Shown piece by piece: positions 47,105 through 53,126 of a stretch of 53,126 nucleotides of DNA. The DNA lies in assembly GCA_020428025.1 (NCBI GenBank), contig JAGQNO010000001.1, positions 1 to 53,126 of the forward strand, given 5' to 3'. The position numbers and the translations under genes were made by a program. The notes beneath the pieces were generated by a model, which saw only the letters and a program-made list of their open reading frames with translations, was not told the origin of the DNA and did not search any database. Position 1 is the first letter of the stretch, and each line of letters starts with the position of its first letter. The DNA is from Candidatus Saccharimonadota bacterium. Lineage in GTDB: Bacteria; Patescibacteriota; Saccharimonadia; Saccharimonadales; UBA4665.

Positions 47105-48596
47105 CGAGTTTTTCGCCCTTCTTTTCTCTAATTAACAGCGCGGCCGACAAAGAGCCCAGCAACGCAAGGCCAGCGGCCCACAGCAACGCGTGGCGGAAGC
47201 CAACCACCGTTGACTGCGCCATAAGTTCATGACCGGCTTGTTTAGCAGCGGCTAGGGCGGATGGGTCGCCAGAGGCAGCCTTTTGAGCAGCGGCGTTCAT
47301 GGCGGCAGCGTGTGTCTTAGCGTAGTGTGCAGCGCCAGAAGTTGCGATGCCGCTCAAAATAGCCAGGCCAAGTGAACCACCAATCTGCTGTGAGGTGTTT
47401 AAGAGTCCAGAAGCCAAGCCAGATTCATTCTGAGACACCCCTGCGGTAGCTGCCATAGTAATAGCAATAAAGCTTACACCCATACCGGCAGCAGTCAAAA
47501 CTAAGCCTGGGAAGATGTTTGTCCAGTAGGACCCGTTAACCGACATGTGGCTCAGCCAGAACAAACCGGCAGCAATAAGCCAAGGGGCCACAATCAGCGG
47601 CTTTTTATAACCAATGCGCGGAATAACGTGCTGCATGCTTGTTGCTACACCGCCAATCACAAAGGTAATCGGCAAGAAGCCCAGACCACTTTTAAGCGGT
47701 GACCACCCTAAAATTTGCTGCACGTACAGCGTAACAAAGAAGAACATACTAAAGATTGCCGCCACGTTAAATAGCGATGTTAAGTTGGCCGATCCCACGT
47801 TGCGCACCCCAAAAATGTGCAGCGGCATAAGTGGCTGCTTGCTACGCTTTTCGTTCCAGATAAAGGCTGTCAGGAGCGCTACGGCCGCGCCAAATAGCCA
47901 GATAGATTTGTGGTTTGTCCATCCATATTCCGGCGCCTTAGTAAGTGCGTAGACTAAGAGCATCAAACCGGATGTAACCAAAGTAGCACCCGGCAAATCT
48001 AGGTGCTGATGTTCTAAGTCCGCCTTGCTTTCTGGCACATAGCGATGTGCCGCCCAGGCTACCGCCAGACCAACTGGCACGTTGACAAAGAAGTTCCATC
48101 GCCAGTCTAGGTACTGCGTTAGCACGCCGCCAAGAAGTACGCCGGCAGCGCCACCGGCAGCTGCCACGGCGCCCCAAACACTCAAGGCTTTAGCGCGCTC
48201 TTTACCTTCTTTGAAGGTGGTCAGAACAATACTCAGTGCCGCCGGAGACATAAAGGCGGCAATCAGGCCCTGTGCAGCCCGCATTAAGTCCAGCATCAGC
48301 GGAGTGGTAGCCAGTCCGGTCAGCAAAGAAACGAGACCAAAAAGAGCTGTTGCAAAGACAAACTGACGCTTGCGACCATACAGGTCGGCCGCACGGCCAC
48401 CCAGCAGCAAGAAGCCGCCAAAGGCCAAGGTGTAGGCGGTAACTATCCACTGCAGGTCGGCTTCGCCGGCAAAGTGCAGCGCTTTAGCAATAGAGGGTAG
48501 CGCCACGTTTACAATAGAGGTGTCTAGCACCACCATAAACTGGGCCACGGCCACAATTAATAAAATCAGGTTTTTATGTAGAACTTTTTTTACCAT
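47079..48596 (-). CDS. MFS transporter, DHA2 (14-TM EmrB/QacA-like) drug:H+ antiporter family
   Basis: Start set at MVKKVLHKN. FMVVLDTSIVNVALPSI motif, GGRAADLYGRKR (motif A-like), about 14 hydrophobic segments. Confidence 0.85.
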   Translation of the reverse strand: MVKKVLHKNLILLIVAVAQFMVVLDTSIVNVALPSIAKALHFAGEADLQWIVTAYTLAFGGFLLLGGRAADLYGRKRQFVFATALFGLVSLLTGLATTPLMLDLMRAAQGLIAAFMSPAALSIVLTTFKEGKERAKALSVWGAVAAAGGAAGVLLGGVLTQYLDWRWNFFVNVPVGLAVAWAAHRYVPESKADLEHQHLDLPGATLVTSGLMLLVYALTKAPEYGWTNHKSIWLFGAAVALLTAFIWNEKRSKQPLMPLHIFGVRNVGSANLTSLFNVAAIFSMFFFVTLYVQQILGWSPLKSGLGFLPITFVIGGVATSMQHVIPRIGYKKPLIVAPWLIAAGLFWLSHMSVNGSYWTNIFPGLVLTAAGMGVSFIAITMAATAGVSQNESGLASGLLNTSQQIGGSLGLAILSGIATSGAAHYAKTHAAAMNAAAQKAASGDPSALAAAKQAGHELMAQSTVVGFRHALLWAAGLALLGSLSAALLIREKKGEKLDAEVVHAG

Positions 48597-49078
48597 TTTG
48601 ACTCCTATATCGGACTTTAGTGTACAGGAGCGGGCACTATAAATAAACAAAAACGTGGTGGTGGAGCTGCCGGCTACCGCCGCCGGGTCCATCGGGTTAG
48701 AAGATTTGTCGTCTACAGGTGTAGTTCATTTTGTGGTCTTAACAATCGGTTATTTATATGAACAAACATTCCGATTGAGCAATTCTAGTCTTAGCGCTGC
48801 GCTCAAATGGCACGCGGCGAGCAGTCAGAAAAATATGTAACGCTCCTACTCTATCTGACATGAAGCAGGAGCATTTTTAGCAGATTAAGCTGCTAGGGCG
48901 AAGTCAGCGCGGGCTAGGCGTGCGCCTAGAACCTTGTTGACTGCGTCGCTAATAGAAGTTTTTGCATCTATTAATGTTGCCTATAACGCTGGCAAGCGAC
49001 CTGCGGATCAAACCGATAACGTCCAATGTCGAGCTTAAAATTCAGCCCCACGTCAATTACTATTATACCATAAAAATA

Positions 49079-49107
49079 TTGAAAATTGTAGTATTTTTTG
49101 CTATGAT
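49079..49107 (+). promoter_or_regulatory. Promoter TTGAAA, 17 nt, TGcTATGAT (extended -10), 7 nt upstream of ATG 49115
   Basis: TTGAAA at 49079-49084, TATGAT at 49102-49107 preceded by TGc, ATG at 49115. No room for an RBS. Confidence 0.5.
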
Positions 49108-49114
49108 AGCCCCT

Positions 49115-49621
49115 ATGCCCGCTTACAGAGGTGCTATTCCTACGTCAGGTCAAGCGGAGGCTCAAATTTTTAGCCTTGCATCGCAGTGCCTGTATCCTTA
49201 TACGCCTAAAAGCCCAACTATCCAGGAGGCGCTGCCTATTGCTAAAACGATGCTTGATGCCCTTGATATGTATTCTATTCAACATGGCCCGCTCGCTGCT
49301 GTACGGAGCGGAGATGTTACGGTCAAGAAATATACCTTTGAATCCAGTAGAGTCGATATAACTTTTTTAACGGTTAATGGCATTGGTAGACGTTCGCAAC
49401 AAGTGCGCGGCCAGCACCTGCGTATCAAAACGCCAGCAGACAACTATGAATTCTCAAGACTGCAAAGGCCAACAGAAAATGGACTGCTCCCTCTTAACAG
49501 CCTGAGATATGGTTTGCAAACTCTGGGTACGCTTGCGGAAACCATGGCAGATGAAGTGGATTACCACGAACACCAGCTGGGCTACACACTACCTATTGGC
49601 AGTACTTTGGGCCCGCAATAG
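49115..49621 (+). CDS. Hypothetical protein (about 168 aa)
   Basis: Start chosen at MPAYRG downstream of the promoter. The longer track ORF runs through the promoter. 3' end overlaps the rsmA 3' end (convergent). No family recognised. Confidence 0.45.
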   Translation: MPAYRGAIPTSGQAEAQIFSLASQCLYPYTPKSPTIQEALPIAKTMLDALDMYSIQHGPLAAVRSGDVTVKKYTFESSRVDITFLTVNGIGRRSQQVRGQHLRIKTPADNYEFSRLQRPTENGLLPLNSLRYGLQTLGTLAETMADEVDYHEHQLGYTLPIGSTLGPQ

Positions 49622-50380
49622 CCGATACCAATCTTGCAGGGTCAGGCTTTGGGGTCTGCTAGTTGGTGGCACTTCCGCACGGGAAAGAAGTTGATTAGTC
49701 GTAACTTTATCAAGATTAAGTCCGCCACTTAAAGAATTTAGAAGTGTTTTGCGCTTCTGACTAAATCCCGCCTTAACCAGCCTAAAAAACGCACGCGGCT
49801 CAACGTCCGGGAATAGCGGCTCCGGACGTCCCTGTAAAATTAGAATCTGGGAATCCACTTTTGGCGGGGGCGTAAACAGTGCGGCTGGCACCAGCGGCCC
49901 TAGACTGGCCTGCCAATAAAATTGAGTTGTTATGCTTAAAATAGACATATTGCCCGGCTGCGCACAAGCCCGCTCCGCTACTTCCTTCTGAATTAATAGC
50001 ACAGCGCAAGCCGGCGGATTAGACGATTCACTCAGGAGCTGCACTAAATTACTAGTTAGGTAATACGGAATGTTAGCTACAACTTTGTAGCCAGCTGGCA
50101 GCTCTATGAGATTAAATGTACGAATGTCGCCATGAACCAAGCTAAAATTAGCATCACCCTCAAACCGATTTTGCAGCCCCGGCAGCAAATCTTGATCAAA
50201 CTCCAGAGCAACCACCCTTGCGCCAGCAGCCAATAAATACTCGGTGAGTGTGCCCGTGCCGGGGCCGATTTCAAGCACTGTTTGGCCGGGCTGAACATCC
50301 GCGGCATCTACCATGGCCTGCAAGGTGGCGGGGTCATGTAGCCAGTGCTGGCCCAGCGATTTTTTGGTTTCTACCACCAT
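49589..50380 (-). CDS. rsmA: 16S rRNA (adenine1518/1519-N6)-dimethyltransferase
   Basis: SLGQHWLHD, SAM motif VLEIGPGTGTLT, VVANIPYYLTS. ATG 50380 overlaps the upstream gene's stop. Confidence 0.93.
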   Translation of the reverse strand: MVVETKKSLGQHWLHDPATLQAMVDAADVQPGQTVLEIGPGTGTLTEYLLAAGARVVALEFDQDLLPGLQNRFEGDANFSLVHGDIRTFNLIELPAGYKVVANIPYYLTSNLVQLLSESSNPPACAVLLIQKEVAERACAQPGNMSILSITTQFYWQASLGPLVPAALFTPPPKVDSQILILQGRPEPLFPDVEPRAFFRLVKAGFSQKRKTLLNSLSGGLNLDKVTTNQLLSRAEVPPTSRPQSLTLQDWYRLLRAQSTANR

Positions 50381-51597
50381 CTGTGCGATACCCAGAAACT
50401 GTACGCTGCCGACCAAGATCCGTATTTGCCAACTGCATAGCCGTTACACCATCTGAGCTGTGTTACTGGGTTAGTTGCCCAGTCGCTACCAGCGCTGGCC
50501 ATCTTGCTGCCCGGCAATGCCTGACAGAGACCGTATGCGCCAGAGGCATTTTGGGCATTGGGATTCCAGTTAGATTCTTTGCTGACAATATAATCCACGT
50601 AGGTGTAGTCGCCCGGCGCAATGCCGGCCAGGCCCATATCGCCCTTTATACCGCTTAGGCTGCTACCGCGCACCTCAATTTGCGTAACAGGCTCCTGCGT
50701 TACCACTGTCTGAATTGCGGTTCGTCCCACCTCTACGCCGTTGCGCAGATTAATTTGGTAGGTAACGGTTTTTTTGCCGGGTGATCCGGCTTGGCGCACA
50801 GCGCTGGTGCCGTATGCTAGGGTGGTGTCTGTTATGTATTGCTTAGGCATAGCAATATCTTCCGTAACAGTGGTGGTGGTAACGCCATTTCTAATAACGT
50901 AGATTTGCTGACCAGGTGTTAGCGGCGTATCAGCTAGCGGCATGAGCTGGTCTTCTTTGCCAAGCTGAATTTTCTTCTCTGCCACCAAATCACCAACAGT
51001 TTTAGCGCGTGTGCGCACTGTCTGACTGGAATTATACAGGTTAAGCGTAACCGGCGTGGCCCGATCTATGGTAACTTGCTCGCCAATGGCACCGCTCAGA
51101 ATAAAGTTCTGAGTTGGCAGCGTACTGACCAAATCTTCCGGGAAGACAGTGTTGCCGGTCTGCGCAGCAATAGCCCGCGGCGTAGTGGCGGCACTGTAGG
51201 TGTAGTTACGACTTGTACCGTCCACGACCAGCACCGGCACAGCACGGTAAATGTTAATCCTAAAATCGTCCTGATTAATTTTGGTGGTGACCGCTGGTTC
51301 TACTACATCGCCCTTATTAATCTTGATGTTAAGCTTGGCCAGTAATGACCCCACGGTTGGCTCAATAGTTGGCACTACCTGCTGCACTTTATCATGCGAT
51401 ATAATCACGACTTTTGAATCGCGTTTTAAATGCGGTTGTGCTTGCCTGCCAAAAATGAGCCAGCCAGCTCCCAGCAGCAAGAACATAACGCCAAAAGTTA
51501 CAGCGGGCACGGCAATGGGGTGCTCTTTGAGCCAGCGCAACTTATTTTTGGCGGCGCTTTTAGATCGATGTTTAAGGCTAAAAAACTTTTGCTTCAT
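50371..51597 (-). CDS. Cell-wall protein: TM anchor, 3x DUF348, G5 domain, C-terminal lytic-transglycosylase-like domain (RpfB/YabE-like architecture)
   Basis: Three repeats of the ...v.v..dg......t...tvg..l....i.l...D.. type. G5 block YGTSAVRQAGSPGKKTVTYQI. C-terminus SKESNWNPNAQNASGAYGLCQALP. Confidence 0.75.
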   Translation of the reverse strand: MKQKFFSLKHRSKSAAKNKLRWLKEHPIAVPAVTFGVMFLLLGAGWLIFGRQAQPHLKRDSKVVIISHDKVQQVVPTIEPTVGSLLAKLNIKINKGDVVEPAVTTKINQDDFRINIYRAVPVLVVDGTSRNYTYSAATTPRAIAAQTGNTVFPEDLVSTLPTQNFILSGAIGEQVTIDRATPVTLNLYNSSQTVRTRAKTVGDLVAEKKIQLGKEDQLMPLADTPLTPGQQIYVIRNGVTTTTVTEDIAMPKQYITDTTLAYGTSAVRQAGSPGKKTVTYQINLRNGVEVGRTAIQTVVTQEPVTQIEVRGSSLSGIKGDMGLAGIAPGDYTYVDYIVSKESNWNPNAQNASGAYGLCQALPGSKMASAGSDWATNPVTQLRWCNGYAVGKYGSWSAAYSFWVSHRWW

Positions 51598-51662
51598 GTG
51601 TACAGAGCTTGGCCCTTACATACATTTGCCAAGTAATCTTAATTATAGCAAAAATTAGCTTG

Positions 51663-53126
51663 TTAGAGCTTCTTGAGCGGCGCAAAGCTAATATTAAGCT
51701 TGCGTAGGCCCTTGCCTTTAAAGTAGACGCTGGCAACATCGCCGTCCATTTCCAGGACTGTGCCCGGGCCAAACTGGGGATGCAAGACGCCGTCGCCTTC
51801 TTGTAGGTCCGGTACGTAGCGCGGCTCGTTGCTAACAGTGGCCGGCGGGCCAAGCGGCACACTGGGCGAGTCAGCCGCGGTTTGAATATTGCCGTCAATC
51901 TCTGATAAAAAGCGCGACGGCGGGTTGGATTGCAGGCCGCCGTACAAGAGGCGCGACCCGGCATGCAGCAGGTATAACTCCTGTCTGGCGCGCGTCATGC
52001 CCACGTAGCAGAGTCGGCGTTCTTCTTCCATTTCCGATTCATCGTACAAGGCGCGGGAGTGCGGAAAAATTGTTTCCTCCAGGCCAATCATAAACACCAC
52101 CGGAAACTCCAACCCTTTAGCGGCGTGCAGCGTCATGAGGGTAATGGCATCACCGGACAGATCCGCCGTGTCTAAATCTGACACCAGGCTGACTTCTTCC
52201 AGGAAACCGGCCAGGCCCACATCTTGGTATTCTTGCGCCACGCTGAGCAATTCCTTAACGTTTTCTATGCGCGCCTCGCCCTGCGGCGTGTCGTCTTCTA
52301 GGTAGTCATAGTATTTAATGCGGCGCACCAAAGAATCAATCAGGCCGCTAACGGCAACATCTTCCATGTTGTCCCGCAGCGTGGCCAACGTATCTCCTAG
52401 CTCTGACAGTGCGGCTTTGGCTTTGGGCGTCAGGCTGGGACAGGTTTCTGCCCGATTTAGAGCCTGTAGCAAATTAAGCCCCTGCTCTGCCCGCCACTCG
52501 TGAAAATTCTGCAGACTTTTTGGGCCAATGCCACGCGCCGGCACATTAACGATTCGCTCAAAACTAACCCGGTCTTCTGGCTGAAAAACCAGCCGCAGAT
52601 AAGCCACGATGTCCTTAATTTCTTTACGGTCATAAAAGCGCACACCGCCCACCACGCGGTACGGCAAGCCGTAGCGCATAAGTGTTTCTTCAAGCGACCG
52701 ACTCTGCGCGTTGGTGCGGTAGAGCACGGCGTAATCATGCATTTTGCGGCGGCCGCTATCCAGGCCCTCACGCACGCGGCGAACAATCGCTTCGCCCTCT
52801 GCGCGGTCATTACTTACTGGCACAATTTGGACGGGCAGGCCATCACCCAATGCGGTCCACAATTTTTTGTCTGAGCGCTGCTGGTTCTTAGTAATAACAG
52901 CGTGCGCGGCATCCAGAATCCGCTTAGTGCTGCGATAGTTTTGCTCCAGTTTGATGACGGTGGTGTCTTTATAGTCTTTTTCAAAGTTGAGGATGTTTCT
53001 GAAATCTGCGCCGCGCCAGCTGTAAATTGAGTTGTGCACGACGATGCCATTGGCAATGTAATTGTGAGTTTTGGTAACATCTAGATCGTAGACAGGGCCT
53101 TGATAGGCTTCTTTTGCGACGCTTAT
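51663..53126 (-). CDS. pcrA: ATP-dependent DNA helicase PcrA/UvrD, C-terminal two-thirds (gene continues beyond the window), interrupted by an intein
   Basis: Motif III SIYSWRGAD, motif IV LEQNYRST, VLYRTNAQSR, GLEFPVVF, motif VI CYVGMTRAR, C-terminal GDGVLHPQFGPGTV domain. The frame is open to nt 53126. Confidence 0.9.
   Translation of the reverse strand: MSVAKEAYQGPVYDLDVTKTHNYIANGIVVHNSIYSWRGADFRNILNFEKDYKDTTVIKLEQNYRSTKRILDAAHAVITKNQQRSDKKLWTALGDGLPVQIVPVSNDRAEGEAIVRRVREGLDSGRRKMHDYAVLYRTNAQSRSLEETLMRYGLPYRVVGGVRFYDRKEIKDIVAYLRLVFQPEDRVSFERIVNVPARGIGPKSLQNFHEWRAEQGLNLLQALNRAETCPSLTPKAKAALSELGDTLATLRDNMEDVAVSGLIDSLVRRIKYYDYLEDDTPQGEARIENVKELLSVAQEYQDVGLAGFLEEVSLVSDLDTADLSGDAITLMTLHAAKGLEFPVVFMIGLEETIFPHSRALYDESEMEEERRLCYVGMTRARQELYLLHAGSRLLYGGLQSNPPSRFLSEIDGNIQTAADSPSVPLGPPATVSNEPRYVPDLQEGDGVLHPQFGPGTVLEMDGDVASVYFKGKGLRKLNISFAPLKKL
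53031..53126 (-). mobile_element. C-terminal splicing region of an intein (blocks F/G) inside pcrA/uvrD
   Basis: Translation ...GPVYDLDVTKTHNYIANGIVVHN|SIYSWRGAD. It has the VYDL..V....HN(F/Y)xANGxxVHN terminal signature followed by a +1 Ser that restarts helicase motif III. Confidence 0.75.

Noticed and set aside
48962-49114. N-terminal 51 aa of track ORF 48962-49621
   Set aside because: This part runs through an AT-rich region containing a near-consensus promoter (49079-49107). The translation (…NYYYTIKILKIVVFFAMIAP) looks like translated intergenic DNA, so the start was moved to ATG 49115.
51578-51964. 128-aa minus-strand ORF spanning the pcrA 3' end and the next gene's 5' end, and ORF 52457-52810
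   Set aside because: They are out of frame with motif-complete pcrA. Their Arg/Ala/Cys-rich composition marks them as shadow ORFs.

Overview
The window is a dense, mostly minus-strand chromosomal segment. By inference from gene content it comes from a small-genome, Gram-positive-type bacterium, probably Patescibacteria/CPR and Saccharibacteria-like. It uses the standard genetic code: TGA closes ruvX at a conserved C-terminus.

Housekeeping genes recognised by motif:
- ABC exporter NBD (partial)
- Ribosomal protein L25/Ctc
- DedA, UvrA, exonuclease I, Obg
- A wall/division block: PKD protein, FtsA, a 568-aa membrane protein, RuvX, MltG and a LysM-CHAP hydrolase
- PrsW, AlaRS, MnmA, cysteine desulfurase, TatD, MetRS
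- GT4 glycosyltransferase, HIT protein, tRNA-Val(CAC)
- GH37 trehalase, TypA/BipA, GH5 exo-beta-1,3-glucanase, DHA2 MFS pump
- RsmA, a DUF348/G5 wall protein and PcrA/UvrD (partial)

Four things deserve a second look:
1. At 29.2-35.2 kb there is a strongly divergent F1-like ATPase cluster (epsilon, beta, gamma, alpha, delta). Its Fo side is aberrant. No subunit a is adjacent, the b-like stalk has no membrane anchor, and the c position holds a 289-aa secreted-domain protein. That protein ends in a c-subunit-like hairpin with no membrane carboxylate.
2. At 21.1-28.8 kb there is a surface-protein locus. It holds four paralogous secreted proteins that all end in ...(A/L)(T/L)(G/S)TF-COOH, a DUF916/DUF3324 (CscA-like) membrane protein and a PKD/Ig protein. 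A beta-helix protein is divergently encoded next to it. The layout resembles a Firmicute WxL/csc cell-surface complex locus but lacks the WxL tryptophans.
3. The right edge shows the C-terminal splicing blocks of an intein inserted in helicase motif III of PcrA/UvrD.
4. Several promoters appear to drive leaderless mRNAs.

I saw no CRISPR array, rRNA, transposase or reverse transcriptase.
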